Shown here: positions 44,993 through 55,366 of the stretch, piece after piece | How positions within the stretch are numbered: position 1 is the first letter of the stretch | How the letters are laid out: every line of letters starts with the position of its first letter | The notes under the pieces: generated by a model | The model's database searches: none | The model's input: the letters and a program-made list of their open reading frames with translations, nothing else | What the model was told of the DNA's origin: nothing | Source of the DNA: Escherichia phage vB_ESM-pEJ01 | Sequence record: OP114734.1 | DNA length: 64,000 nt | Strand: one strand, 5' to 3' | Program-made: the position numbers and the translations under genes

Positions 44993-45023
44993 CACCTTTT
45001 CATAAAATTTTAGGCAATAAAAA

Positions 45024-45043
45024 AGCCTCCCCTAAGGAAGGCT
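45024..45043 (-). terminator. Intrinsic terminator after gene 32
   Basis: Stem AGCCTTCC/GGGGAGGCT with T-run on the - strand. Confidence 0.55.
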
Positions 45044-45053
45044 TTAAAATTCA

Positions 45054-46028
45054 TTACATCCCTAACAGAGCGTCAAGATCATCCAGATCAGAAGCGGAGG
45101 AAGTACCGCCACCCAGGTCCAGAGATGCCATCAGGTCATCAGCGGAAGAACTCGACGCTGCGATAGCTGCGGTAGAAACAGACGCGGCGATAGCTGAGGT
45201 AGTGCCAGCATCGAATGCATTCATCTGTGCGTCAAAATCGTCAAGCTGGCTGTTAATCGCTGCCGCAGCACTGGAAGCCGCCGCACCAGCTACCATAGAA
45301 ACGCCCATAGTTTTCTTAAATTTGGTTTCCAGTTCATCGAACGGTTTAAACTGGCTAGGCGCTACAATCTCACCCAGATCAACCATGTTTTCCATCAGAT
45401 ATTTCTGATATGCTTCGTCTTCAATCTTCGGAAGCTGTGATTGCTGCATGAAACGAGAATCATCATAGTTCTGGTGTTTATCAACCTTCTTAGCTTTCAG
45501 GAGGAAGTTAGCACCGGAGAACACACAAGTTACATCTACAGGAACTTCGCCCATATCGGTATTCACGTTCACCATTGCAACGATCTTATCATAAATTTTC
45601 TGACCGAAGCGGAATTTGAATACATTACCTTCATTTTCTGGTGCTTGAGGATCTTTCAGTACCAGAATATTTGCGTAGTAAGAGGCTTTACGCTTAATCA
45701 GTTGCCATTCGGTTTTATCGGTATTGTACAGGTCTTTTTCGTTAATATATTTGCACACAGGGCAAGAATCAAAATCACCGTGGGTGCTTGAGCAGTTTTC
45801 CCAATACCATTTACCATTAACTTTGAAGGAATGGTTTACCAGTTTCACAATCGGCAGACCGTCTTCTGTCTTAGACGGCAGGAAGCGAATCAGGGCTTCA
45901 CCGTTACCTGCTGCATCAGTCTTAATCTTCCACTCTTTCGGATCTTCTTTGGAGAAACCGTTGCCACCTTTCAGTGCGGCCAGTTGAGCTTGCAGTTTGG
46001 AAGAATCTTGACGACGAAACATGTTCAT
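45054..46028 (-). CDS. 32: Single-stranded DNA-binding protein gp32
   Basis: Aligns with T4 gp32 (FLPSK, zinc site CSSTHGDFDSCPVC, LYNTD); acidic C-terminal tail. Confidence 0.93.
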   Translation of the reverse strand: MNMFRRQDSSKLQAQLAALKGGNGFSKEDPKEWKIKTDAAGNGEALIRFLPSKTEDGLPIVKLVNHSFKVNGKWYWENCSSTHGDFDSCPVCKYINEKDLYNTDKTEWQLIKRKASYYANILVLKDPQAPENEGNVFKFRFGQKIYDKIVAMVNVNTDMGEVPVDVTCVFSGANFLLKAKKVDKHQNYDDSRFMQQSQLPKIEDEAYQKYLMENMVDLGEIVAPSQFKPFDELETKFKKTMGVSMVAGAAASSAAAAINSQLDDFDAQMNAFDAGTTSAIAASVSTAAIAASSSSADDLMASLDLGGGTSSASDLDDLDALLGM

Positions 46029-46088
46029 AATTATACCTCTTTATACATTAACTATTGATTAATTTACGTTTTATACTATATCAGATAC

Positions 46089-46685
46089 TTAATTGCTTGT
46101 CAATACTTTATCAATTATATCTAACAGTTTTGGCTTTCTATTTTCAAATTCTAACATCTCTTCGGGAGAAATGTCAACTACTTCTGTTTTGTTGAAAAAG
46201 TTTGGGTCTATAGCATCAGCAACAAAGTTTCTCGCAAGTGCTGCCGCTTTCTCATGAACATATATTCCCAAATATATCAACTTCTTTCTTTCGACCTGAA
46301 TATTGGCAACATATTTACCATCTCGTTTATAAAGACTAACACCGATATATTCAGACGATCGACCTTTCTGTTTACCCATATTTCTTGAGTTTTGTTGCTC
46401 GTTCGCATCTCTCAAGTTTTCAATCCGATTATCTGTTATAATTCGGTTAACATGGTCAACGTATTTTGGCATGTATCCATGATGCATAAAGAAAATTATT
46501 CTATGCTCTTTATGATGTTTACCATCGATACACACCAATCTGTATCCATGACTAGGATTAACTCCACCCGCTCTAGATCCGACTTTATGCTTTCGGTTTG
46601 TCGATATCTTGCGAATCAGCTTACCGTTATCATATTTAAAGAGTTCATGACAACGAGCATACAATTCAGGATCATATGTTTTCAC
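46089..46685 (-). mobile_element. HNH-AP2 homing endonuclease gene (198 aa)
   Basis: HNH motif VDHVNRIITDNRIENLR...QQN and AP2-like SEYIGVS...KYVANI; inserted between 32 and 59. Confidence 0.65.
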
Positions 46686-47349
46686 CTTTTAACCTCGATA
46701 TTTCTTTACACTCTTTAACTACTTTAACAAATAATGCTCTTGCTTTTGCGGCGTCAATAACAAGTAGTTTCTTGTACGCCTTCATTTTAACACTATAAGT
46801 TTGCCAAATCAAGTCTTTGGCTACCTTGTCGTGTGCGTCGATTATATTTAGAAAGCTATCTAACAACATAAACGACTCAAACGATATAATCCGATTTTGC
46901 AGTAGTTTAAAGATACCGCTAGTTTCGGTTGCGGGATTGTATGTAATTAGCTCTTTAAGAGTAACCCCGCGTTTCTCTGAGAAGTATACCAGACTTTTAA
47001 TGTCATCGTCAAATCGTGTTGCTGCATCGGTTATCTTTCCTATGTATTCCATATAAAAGCCGTATGCGTCAACATCAGTGATTTCACCTACCCATGCATC
47101 GGTATTAGCTACCAGATTGCTTAGGAATAGGAAGTATAATTCTCTTAGATTGTACTTTTCCGCTAATTTTGCGAAATAATACTTATCTCTGCGTTTATTG
47201 AATGCGGCATCAGACAACCGCATCCTCCAATTGTATTTTACGCAATCATAACGCCCGTTCATGTGAGCTTTCATCATGCAATATAACATATACACAGATT
47301 TAGCATTAATTCGCATATCTGGATCTGGAGGAAGACGGTTTCTGATCAT
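46672..47349 (-). CDS. 59: Helicase loader gp59
   Basis: Aligns with T4 gp59 (KSVYMLYCMMKAHMNGRYD, ISFESFMLLDSFLNIID). Confidence 0.9.
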   Translation of the reverse strand: MIRNRLPPDPDMRINAKSVYMLYCMMKAHMNGRYDCVKYNWRMRLSDAAFNKRRDKYYFAKLAEKYNLRELYFLFLSNLVANTDAWVGEITDVDAYGFYMEYIGKITDAATRFDDDIKSLVYFSEKRGVTLKELITYNPATETSGIFKLLQNRIISFESFMLLDSFLNIIDAHDKVAKDLIWQTYSVKMKAYKKLLVIDAAKARALFVKVVKECKEISRLKGENI

Positions 47350-47358
47350 ACATACCCC

Positions 47359-47613
47359 TTAAATATCGAGAGTGTTTGTCGGTTCGTCGATCACTCCCTT
47401 CCTGAGCGTTCTATTTACTATACATTCTTGTGTGATCTTGTCAATAATGGACACCGGAATATATTTCTGATAGTGACCATATTCGATAGAGTTTTCCTCT
47501 ACAAACTGCGTTGTCGCTTCAAGATAAGTCAATCCATCTTCAACAACCAGTTTTTCGATTGCAAGACCGTTTGCTGTTTTGTTCGCGGCTTTTACCGCAT
47601 GTTCATTAAGCAT
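47359..47613 (-). CDS. 33: Late transcription co-activator gp33
   Basis: YLEATTQFVEENSI matches T4 gp33; ATG chosen at MLNEHAV. Confidence 0.8.
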   Translation of the reverse strand: MLNEHAVKAANKTANGLAIEKLVVEDGLTYLEATTQFVEENSIEYGHYQKYIPVSIIDKITQECIVNRTLRKGVIDEPTNTLDI

Positions 47614-47881
47614 TGAACACCCGATCATAGAGTTCTACCGCTTCATCGCGTTCTGCTTCGAAGGTTTCGCGCTGTTGCTGGTGATACAGTTTAAACAGAA
47701 TACCCCACATTTTACCGTCTACGCCCAATTCTTCTTTAGCACGCTGTTTGATCTCTTTGATCTTATCGCCGTATGCTTCTTGAATGGTTTTCTGATCGCT
47801 GGCTTCTTTAATCAGTTGTGCCAGGGTATTTCCGTGCACTGCTTCGTCAAATACTACTTTTTCTTTTTTCTGTTCAGTCAT
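47606..47881 (-). CDS. dsbA: DsbA double-stranded DNA-binding late transcription protein
   Basis: 91 aa; position between 33 and rnh as in T4. Confidence 0.7.
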   Translation of the reverse strand: MTEQKKEKVVFDEAVHGNTLAQLIKEASDQKTIQEAYGDKIKEIKQRAKEELGVDGKMWGILFKLYHQQQRETFEAERDEAVELYDRVFNA

Positions 47882-47885
47882 AATA

Positions 47886-48482
47886 TTAACCCTCTTTCGT
47901 CATTAATTGAAAACCACGTTCAGCTTTTGAAATTTCGCTAGGACTTAAATCGTCACCCACATATTCTAGCATCATTTCTCGGATAATGTCAAGTGCTTTT
48001 TCATCACCTGATTTTAACTCGAACTTAAGTTCATAGTGAGCATCTCCCATGACTTCGCCGACTTTGCAATAATAGAAAGTGTCTTTGCACATTTCCACTA
48101 TAGCACCCTCAAGGTCAAGTGTCAATGACTTGCGGTATGTCATTACTTGCAATAAAGGAACGATAAGGTCGGAGTTTACGCCTAGACTATCAACATAGTG
48201 ATAGAAATCATCCATTGTTGAAAAAGTAATTTCTTCTCGGTTGAATAGTCCAGATTCACCATCACCTATTTTGACCATGATCAATGATCTATTAACGTCA
48301 AGTCGAGCATAAATTCCTTTTCGACGCAGTGCATGATCTTCGGTATCATAATAAAATTCGTGTTTTAGTGTGTTAGCATGATCTACGATATTGTACCCGT
48401 CATACATTGCTACCCACAAATCACAGATTGTTTCGACGCCAATTTGTGAGTGTGCATAGTATTTTAATTCAAGTTCTTTCAT
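47886..48482 (-). CDS. CYTH-like (triphosphate tunnel) domain protein, putative
   Basis: N-terminal ELELKY (ExExK) and C-terminal HYELKFELK pattern; inserted between dsbA and rnh. Confidence 0.35.
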   Translation of the reverse strand: MKELELKYYAHSQIGVETICDLWVAMYDGYNIVDHANTLKHEFYYDTEDHALRRKGIYARLDVNRSLIMVKIGDGESGLFNREEITFSTMDDFYHYVDSLGVNSDLIVPLLQVMTYRKSLTLDLEGAIVEMCKDTFYYCKVGEVMGDAHYELKFELKSGDEKALDIIREMMLEYVGDDLSPSEISKAERGFQLMTKEG

Positions 48483-48492
48483 ATGTCAACCC

Positions 48493-49440
48493 TTAGAACT
48501 CACCAATTTTCTGCAACATTTTAACTAACGCATTTGTTACAAAATAGTTATAAATTTTACCGCGTGGTGCTGGTTTAGATTTTTCCCATGACTCCAGAAT
48601 CTGATTCTGAATATCATCTGGGATGTAATCGAAATCAATAAGTTCGCGGTTTTCGTCAAAGCGTCGTGCTTCTTCCTCTGTCATCAAAGACTTTGGATCT
48701 TCGGCATCGAAAATTTGCTCTAACCATTTGGTCGCAATTGGTTTAGCTCGTTCCCCTTCCAGTCGTGAGATAATGAAATCACTACGGCACTTGACAGAAG
48801 CTACACCGTCTTTTGCGTCACCCTTAACACATTTTACCATAAGGTCTTTGTAAGGGCTACCATATTTGCATTTCTTCCATGCTTTCTGTACTGGCGCCCA
48901 CTGTTTCACGTTTTTGTATTTGTGCAACTGTGTGTAGTCACCATCGCCGGAGTTGATCAGCACCTGACGACCTTCTACAGAAAACTTTTTAGTTAACACA
49001 GCGATTATATCATCTGCCTCAACTTTGTCAACCTTAATAACGTGATAAGGCATGTTCTCTTTAAACTCTTCGGTGATCTTATTGATCGCGGCAAAGATCA
49101 TCTCCCAATCACGCGGATCTGCGTCTCGTTTTTCCTTACGGTTGCGTTTATAGTAAGGGGCGATATCACGTCGCCAGTAACCTTTACTTGAATCAAAAGC
49201 AAGTACCGTAATTGGGTATTGTTCTTTGAATTTTGTCATATTATAACGCATGGTGTCAAGGATAAGATGACGGATCATGCCTTCATTAATAGGATCTTCC
49301 GGTTTAAAGGTATGCGAGATAGTAGCAATCATAAGCTGCGACATATCAATCAAATGCACACCTTCCGGTAGTTTATCTTCTGGATCATCGAAGAAATCAT
49401 TAAGTGTAGCGGTAGTTTTTGTAAACGGGTTATACGTCAT
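48493..49440 (-). CDS. rnh: RNase H (5'-3' exonuclease / FEN family)
   Basis: 315 aa; acidic active-site clusters (VLAFDSS, EADDIIA, NSGDGDYTQL); synteny before gene 34. Confidence 0.88.
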   Translation of the reverse strand: MTYNPFTKTTATLNDFFDDPEDKLPEGVHLIDMSQLMIATISHTFKPEDPINEGMIRHLILDTMRYNMTKFKEQYPITVLAFDSSKGYWRRDIAPYYKRNRKEKRDADPRDWEMIFAAINKITEEFKENMPYHVIKVDKVEADDIIAVLTKKFSVEGRQVLINSGDGDYTQLHKYKNVKQWAPVQKAWKKCKYGSPYKDLMVKCVKGDAKDGVASVKCRSDFIISRLEGERAKPIATKWLEQIFDAEDPKSLMTEEEARRFDENRELIDFDYIPDDIQNQILESWEKSKPAPRGKIYNYFVTNALVKMLQKIGEF

Positions 49441-49442
49441 AA

Positions 49443-49628
49443 TTAAGTTCTCTCCACTCTCACAACAACATATTCGCCAAACGAGTTAGATACTTCACGA
49501 TCATACCCGTACTTCTCCATAACTCGCAGAATTGCATTGTTTAGTTCTGCGCGAAAATAATTATAATCCTTATCAGGGATTCTGTCAACTACCCATTTTG
49601 CACCATCAGACAAATCAAATTTAACCAT
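49443..49628 (-). CDS. Hypothetical small protein (61 aa)
   Basis: ORF coupled to rnh start. Confidence 0.45.
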   Translation of the reverse strand: MVKFDLSDGAKWVVDRIPDKDYNYFRAELNNAILRVMEKYGYDREVSNSFGEYVVVRVERT

Positions 49629-49634
49629 AATATA

Positions 49635-50216
49635 TCATCCTCTTTTTGGAAAATTTAAATAAGCATACTCGCCAACTATTTCATGTGCTGCACGGTCATA
49701 AGCCTTAGCCGCCTCAACTTCTGTCTCAAAGTATCCTAGATGTATATTCTTTCGATTGATAACAATATACGCCTTCCACGGCTTTTTCTTGCTTGGTGAT
49801 AATGATACACCTTTATATTTGCTATGGCAAGCCTTTTTCTTTGAGACGTTAAACTGATTTTGCTGTTCGGTTGCTTCTCTCATGTTTGACGGTCTATTGT
49901 TAGTTTTGTCTTGGTCTATGTGATCTATTCGTTCAACCTGAGTACCATACTCTAAAAACCAGACAACTCTATGTACAAACAGATTAAGTTTATGACCATT
50001 GTTGTAAAATGTAAAGTATAAATATCCTTCTTTATGGAGACATACCCTTACCACATCACCTTTTTTGTATATGGACCCTTCTTTTCGGAATCCAGCAGCT
50101 ACAGAATCCTTTAAATGGTATAATATTCCATCGACATGATAGAATCTACCTTTTATCGCTTTCTGTGTCTCGATATCCCAAAATTTTGTTTTTGCCACAA
50201 CAAACACCTCACACAA
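49635..50216 (-). mobile_element. HNH-AP2 homing endonuclease gene (193 aa)
   Basis: HIDQDKTNNRPSNMR...QQN (HNH) and YKGVS...WKAYI...GYFETEVEAAKAYD (AP2); inserted between rnh and 34. Confidence 0.65.
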
Positions 50217-50250
50217 TAAATAATTTCATATTATAACAGGAGACCCAATA

Positions 50251-53200
50251 ATGGCAGATTTTTCTCAACATTTCAAGGCCACCTTTGGCTTTGACGCTGG
50301 TAATGAAAAGGTCGTCAATGTAGCATACGCAGATAAAAACACATCAACGGATGCGGTCAACGTTGAATTTTTCAATTACCATAATGGTATTACTCAGTAT
50401 GACACAACTCGCGGTTATGATCAATACGGAACTACAATCTATCAAAACCGTCCGTATTATGCAAAAGAAGATATCACAAAGCCAGCAGGTGATTTTGACC
50501 CGACTAAATGGCAAGCACTGCGCACGGACCCACGTTGGGATTATGTTGCAGCAACTTCCGGCGATACTCCTTTAAAGTCTGGTGATTATATCGCAGCGGA
50601 CTGTCAGTTTGCAAACTTGACATTCTCAATGCCTACTAATCCGGCAGAGGGAGACACTATAACAGTAAAAGATATCGGTGGCAAGTGTGGTGTTAACGAA
50701 TTATCGTTCTTGAGTACAGGACATGAGTTTTACCATAACGGTAATGTGTACAACCGAAAATGGTATTGCACTACCCCGTATGCAATGAACTATTTCATCT
50801 TTGTTCGTAATCGTTGGCATGTTTATCAGACAGGAACAGAGCCACGCGGTGTGTACGCACAGCCAGCGATTGATGCTATTCAAATGCAGAATGGTGATCA
50901 GGTATTTCGTCGTAGTTCGTTGGGTAATATTACCTTAGTGCTTCCTAAGTTTGCCAACAATGGCGACATGATCCAGACTACAGACCTTGACGGATTAACC
51001 GCAACCAACCACGTTACGGTTAAAGTTCATGAGCACGCAGAAGAACAATCAATTGGCACGTCCGGTCTAAAAGAGATTATCGGTAAGCGTAGCGGTCATG
51101 GTGTATTCATCTTTGACAAGACGGAAAACTTATGGCGTTTGTGGGATGGTGATCAGTCTGTTCGTCTTAAACCGATCATCGATGACACTCGCTTGCAACC
51201 TAATAGCTATGTTGCTGTATTTGGTGATCGTGATGTTACTCTGACGCTGCCGACCAATGTCGAGCCGGGTGATCGTATTCAAGTTTCTATGCAGTATATG
51301 AACGGAAACCAGAATTGCCGTATTATCACCGCCACAGAGGATACAAAAATCCTTATGCAGAAAAACATGGTTCAGTTTCCTAAGCGTAGCGAGTACCCAT
51401 TCAATGGGACCGATACATGGACGGGAGTATCTGAATTGTCTTTCAACGCTGCAAATGATTATGTACCTTATGTGGAGTTCTCTTATTCAGAAGGTGATGA
51501 TGGTAAGAAATACTGGTTGGTGGCACATGCTCACCCGATTGTAGAACGAGTAGATCCGACTCGTAAAGATCGTGTTGGTGTAATTGCACTGGCTACCCAA
51601 ACTGAAACGAATAAAAACCATGAAGAGAATCCTAGCGACGAAGTTGCAGTAACACCAAAAATGCTGGCTAATAAAACCGCCAACGAAACTCGACGCGGTA
51701 TTGCTCGCATTGCGACTCAAGCGGAAACGCATCAAGATACTGGTTCCAACTTCCTGGATGATGTTATCGTTACGCCTAAAAAGTTAAATGACTGTGTTGC
51801 TACCGAAGCCCGTCGTGGTGTGATGGAAATTGCAACCCAGCACGAAACCAATGAAGGTTTAGACGATACCCGCGCTATTACTCCTAAGAAATTAGAAGAA
51901 CGTCGCGCTTCCGAAGATCTCGCTGGTATTGCTGAAATTGTTCAGGCTGGCGGCAGTGCTGCCGCTCGACGTGGCGAAGCTGGTACAGGGATCTATAACA
52001 TCAATGACCATGCTAAAATTGTTACGCCAAAAAACATCAACGAAGTCAAGGCGACCGAAACTTCCCGTGGTGTTGGCTATCTGGCAACTGACGCGGAAGT
52101 GCAAGGGGCTACAGAATCAACCCCGCAAGATGCTTTACTCATCACGACTCGCACGCTAACGAAACGTACTGCTACCGAATCGCGCACTGGTATCGCTGAA
52201 ATTGCAACTCAGGAAGAAACAAACTTAGGTCAAAGTGATAACCATATCATCACGCCTAAAAAGCTGCATACTCGCCGAGCAACGGAAACTTTACACGGTT
52301 TAGCAGAAATTGCAACTCAACCGGAGTTTGACGCAGGTCGTGACGATTCTCGCATTTCTACCCCATTGAAGATTAAAACCTTCTTTGAGAATGCACAGCG
52401 TTTGAAAGTAGATCCGACTCAGGGGCTTAACCTTACTGGTGATTTGTGGCAAGGTATCATGATCAGCGGTCTGGATGCAACCGAAGACACAAAAGGTGTC
52501 GCTAAAGTTGCGACTACTCAGCTTACTGACGCTGGTCAAGATGATACTACAATCATCACGCCTAAAAAGCTGCAAGGCAAGAAGGCCACCGAAGGTAAAG
52601 AAGGCATTATCCGAGTTGGTACTCAAGCCGAAACCGTGGCTGGTATTATGGACAATGTAGCAATTTCTCCGAAGAACTTCAAATATGTTGTTCAGACAGA
52701 GGATACATGGAAAGCAACCGAAGCGCGTCGTGGCTTCTTGAAAGTTGCTACTCAGGAAAACTGTTTTGTTGGTGATAATCTGCAAGGTTCTACTCAAGAA
52801 CTAGGAAACTACCAGCATGACGGAATTGCTGTTACCCCTAAAGGATTAAACTACGCACTTGCTAATTTCTTACCTAAGATGGCAACCGCTCAGAATAGTT
52901 TGAAATTAGGTAACGTAGAGGCCGCTAAATGGGCGCGTAGAGACATTGACCAGACCATAGAGAGCAATTACACGTTTAATAAAAACGTTAACGTGAAGGG
53001 CGATTTAGAGTGCTTAAAATCAGGTTCCTTTGAAACTCTGTCTGTGACTAAGAACTCGACCGATGTTCCGAGTAATGGTCATCTGGTGTTGGGTGAGCGT
53101 GGAGTTGACGGTCACACCGGAATTACTCTGCATGGCACAACCGCATCGGAAGGCATGAAAAACTCTTGGTCTATTATCGTTGGTGGTACTGGAACAGCGC

Positions 53201-53991
53201 AAGTTGTTGATAGTGATGCTATCGCTTTCGGTAAAATCAATGATGGTGGAGTCGTTCAGCATTACGCCTTTGCTATGAAACACAATGGCGATGTGACAGC
53301 ATATAGAGACTTTATTGCAGGTCGTAACCTGTATGCGAAACAAGGCGGGTTATACATTGTTGACCAGTCTAATCCGGCAATGACTCGTTCCCCAGATGGT
53401 ATGCTGAATATCGGTCACGGTGGAAGTGTTAACATCAAGGCAGGTCATCAAACGTTAACTACAGAGATCGCCGGACAGAAATATCAGATCGTACACGCAG
53501 GAAACGCTGACGAAGTTCTTAACCGTCAGTTTGTTAAGAATGCTGGCGATACAATGGTCGGTAAGCTGACTATGGATAATGCGCCTATTGTTTCCGTTAA
53601 GCATGAAGCTAGCGCGGCAACCGCTCCGGCAATCGGTAACATCGGTTTCTGGAATATGCGAGTTACTACCCAGAACATCAAAGAAACTTATCCAGAGAAG
53701 AAAAACGGTACTCTGATGCAATGGGGTACTGACGCGGACGGGCTTACCCAGCTTTGGTCCCCTGATGGTACTCATAAACATTATATCCGTTCCGGTACTG
53801 GTGGTCAATGGACAGCATGGGGTGAAATTTACACCAAACAGAATAAGCCTACCGCTCAGGAAATCGGGGCAGTAGTTGCAGAAGGTGGTTTAATGAACTC
53901 TATGACGGTTCGTGATTGGATCAAAGTTGGTAATGTTAAAATCATCGCCAATAATCTGACTCGTACCGTAGACTTTATCTGGGAAGACTAA
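50251..53991 (+). CDS. 34: Long tail fibre proximal subunit gp34
   Basis: 1246 aa; N-terminus matches T4 gp34 pattern; repeated TPKKL units. Confidence 0.9.
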   Translation: MADFSQHFKATFGFDAGNEKVVNVAYADKNTSTDAVNVEFFNYHNGITQYDTTRGYDQYGTTIYQNRPYYAKEDITKPAGDFDPTKWQALRTDPRWDYVAATSGDTPLKSGDYIAADCQFANLTFSMPTNPAEGDTITVKDIGGKCGVNELSFLSTGHEFYHNGNVYNRKWYCTTPYAMNYFIFVRNRWHVYQTGTEPRGVYAQPAIDAIQMQNGDQVFRRSSLGNITLVLPKFANNGDMIQTTDLDGLTATNHVTVKVHEHAEEQSIGTSGLKEIIGKRSGHGVFIFDKTENLWRLWDGDQSVRLKPIIDDTRLQPNSYVAVFGDRDVTLTLPTNVEPGDRIQVSMQYMNGNQNCRIITATEDTKILMQKNMVQFPKRSEYPFNGTDTWTGVSELSFNAANDYVPYVEFSYSEGDDGKKYWLVAHAHPIVERVDPTRKDRVGVIALATQTETNKNHEENPSDEVAVTPKMLANKTANETRRGIARIATQAETHQDTGSNFLDDVIVTPKKLNDCVATEARRGVMEIATQHETNEGLDDTRAITPKKLEERRASEDLAGIAEIVQAGGSAAARRGEAGTGIYNINDHAKIVTPKNINEVKATETSRGVGYLATDAEVQGATESTPQDALLITTRTLTKRTATESRTGIAEIATQEETNLGQSDNHIITPKKLHTRRATETLHGLAEIATQPEFDAGRDDSRISTPLKIKTFFENAQRLKVDPTQGLNLTGDLWQGIMISGLDATEDTKGVAKVATTQLTDAGQDDTTIITPKKLQGKKATEGKEGIIRVGTQAETVAGIMDNVAISPKNFKYVVQTEDTWKATEARRGFLKVATQENCFVGDNLQGSTQELGNYQHDGIAVTPKGLNYALANFLPKMATAQNSLKLGNVEAAKWARRDIDQTIESNYTFNKNVNVKGDLECLKSGSFETLSVTKNSTDVPSNGHLVLGERGVDGHTGITLHGTTASEGMKNSWSIIVGGTGTAQVVDSDAIAFGKINDGGVVQHYAFAMKHNGDVTAYRDFIAGRNLYAKQGGLYIVDQSNPAMTRSPDGMLNIGHGGSVNIKAGHQTLTTEIAGQKYQIVHAGNADEVLNRQFVKNAGDTMVGKLTMDNAPIVSVKHEASAATAPAIGNIGFWNMRVTTQNIKETYPEKKNGTLMQWGTDADGLTQLWSPDGTHKHYIRSGTGGQWTAWGEIYTKQNKPTAQEIGAVVAEGGLMNSMTVRDWIKVGNVKIIANNLTRTVDFIWED

Positions 53992-53996
53992 TTAAA

Positions 53997-54012
53997 GGGG
54001 GCGAAAGCCCCC
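53997..54012 (+). other. GNRA-tetraloop hairpin between genes 34 and 35
   Basis: GGGGGC-GAAA-GCCCCC directly after the gene 34 stop; no T-run. Confidence 0.45.
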
Positions 54013-54024
54013 TATGGGGTTATT

Positions 54025-55164
54025 ATGACACAAGATATAGAATTACGCAACACTGGAATTAGGTTTGCGCATTTCGACGAAGACTCTGCGACATTTACCA
54101 GCATTTCAGAAAATAACTCTGTGATGTATAAGCTGGAAGTGCGCGGATCTAATGCGGATTCTACCAAACCAGCAAGGATTAGATTTAATGGAGTGGAGAT
54201 CGTTGGCACTGGCTATGAAAATGGCCTAAATTTTAAAGTTCTTACTCCAACTGGACAACTACACGAAGAAAAGGTATTCTATGGTCGCGGTGCTGTTTTG
54301 GCAATGCGTGATTATCTTTCTTTGCTGAAAGGTGACTATATCATTGCGATGGCAACGCATGGAGAATTGTTTGCAGATCCGATCAGTGATGGTGTATTCT
54401 CTAAGCTGGGATCTGTATCATTCCCGAATCACATTTTGCTACAGCAAATGCCTCGTGTATCATATGCAGCAATTTATTCTACTAAAATGGGTAAAATTGT
54501 GTGCGAAGGGATGCAAGCAACTCACGGGGAAGGACAAGATTCATCTATACAAATTGAGAAAGTCTATGATACTATAGATGATCTTGCTATAACAGGAACA
54601 CCACAACGATTTTTAGATTATCCGGTTGAGTATGTTAGCGAAGATGCCGAACATTTCGAGCTAATACAATGGCCTCATGATGAGACCAGCGCCCCACTTG
54701 AGGATTTTAACATAAAGGCAGGTGACAAACTATCAATATCCTTTGAATTGTTCCGTGATAGTGCCGCAGCCGCAGCCAACGTAACAGCGCGTTTCTATCA
54801 CAACTACTTCACCGATGGACAATATCAAACTGGTGTTCGATACAATGCCAGCAAAAAAGACCAATGGGAAAAGTTTGAAGCCGTCTATACCGTACCGGAA
54901 GGAGTTGATAGTGTAGTAACTGGTTGTATCAGATATCCAACCAACTCCAATGAAGGTATTGTTAAAATTAGAAACATACTAATAACGCCGATCAGTGGAG
55001 TCGTCAAAACTACTGGTCCTACTTCATTTGGTGTTAATGGTGTTAGAACAACTCATATTCAGGATAACGGTGATTTTACTAACCCTGTAATGAGTCTTCT
55101 TAAACTACCCAGAGATAATAAACACATCACATCCAACAACTTTAAAGAGTTCGATGTTGATTAA
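54025..55164 (+). CDS. 35: Long tail fibre hinge protein gp35
   Basis: 379 aa (T4 gp35 372 aa); synteny. Confidence 0.8.
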   Translation: MTQDIELRNTGIRFAHFDEDSATFTSISENNSVMYKLEVRGSNADSTKPARIRFNGVEIVGTGYENGLNFKVLTPTGQLHEEKVFYGRGAVLAMRDYLSLLKGDYIIAMATHGELFADPISDGVFSKLGSVSFPNHILLQQMPRVSYAAIYSTKMGKIVCEGMQATHGEGQDSSIQIEKVYDTIDDLAITGTPQRFLDYPVEYVSEDAEHFELIQWPHDETSAPLEDFNIKAGDKLSISFELFRDSAAAAANVTARFYHNYFTDGQYQTGVRYNASKKDQWEKFEAVYTVPEGVDSVVTGCIRYPTNSNEGIVKIRNILITPISGVVKTTGPTSFGVNGVRTTHIQDNGDFTNPVMSLLKLPRDNKHITSNNFKEFDVD

Positions 55165-55175
55165 CATTTTTAACA

Positions 55176-55205
55176 AGCCGATCCATGTGGTCGGCTTTAT
55201 TTTTA
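55176..55205 (+). terminator. Intrinsic terminator after gene 35
   Basis: Stem AGCCGATCC/GGTCGGCT followed by TTATTTTTAT. Confidence 0.55.
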
Positions 55206-55211
55206 TACAGT

Positions 55212-55313
55212 TGGTTAAATTGTAACCAAAACGAAGAAAGATCTTTAGAATAATAGAAAATTTGTTTCGGTTAAAAAATAGCCAGTGCCTACGGCACGTC
55301 GCGAAGCGATATT
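55212..55313. repeat. Inverted copy of the 3669..3876 repeat unit plus shared CGCGAAGCGATAT segment
   Basis: Reverse complement of 55212..55270 matches 3817..3876 over about 55 nt; 55289..55313 matches 3750..3773 in inverse. Confidence 0.65.
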
Positions 55314-55325
55314 TTGTTAACATTC

Positions 55326-55333
55326 TATAAATA
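55326..55333 (+). promoter_or_regulatory. T4-type late promoter box TATAAATA upstream of gene 36
   Basis: Exact TATAAATA about 34 nt upstream of the gene 36 ATG. Confidence 0.6.
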
Positions 55334-55366
55334 CTCGGAACTATAACTAATTTTTGAGGTTACTTT

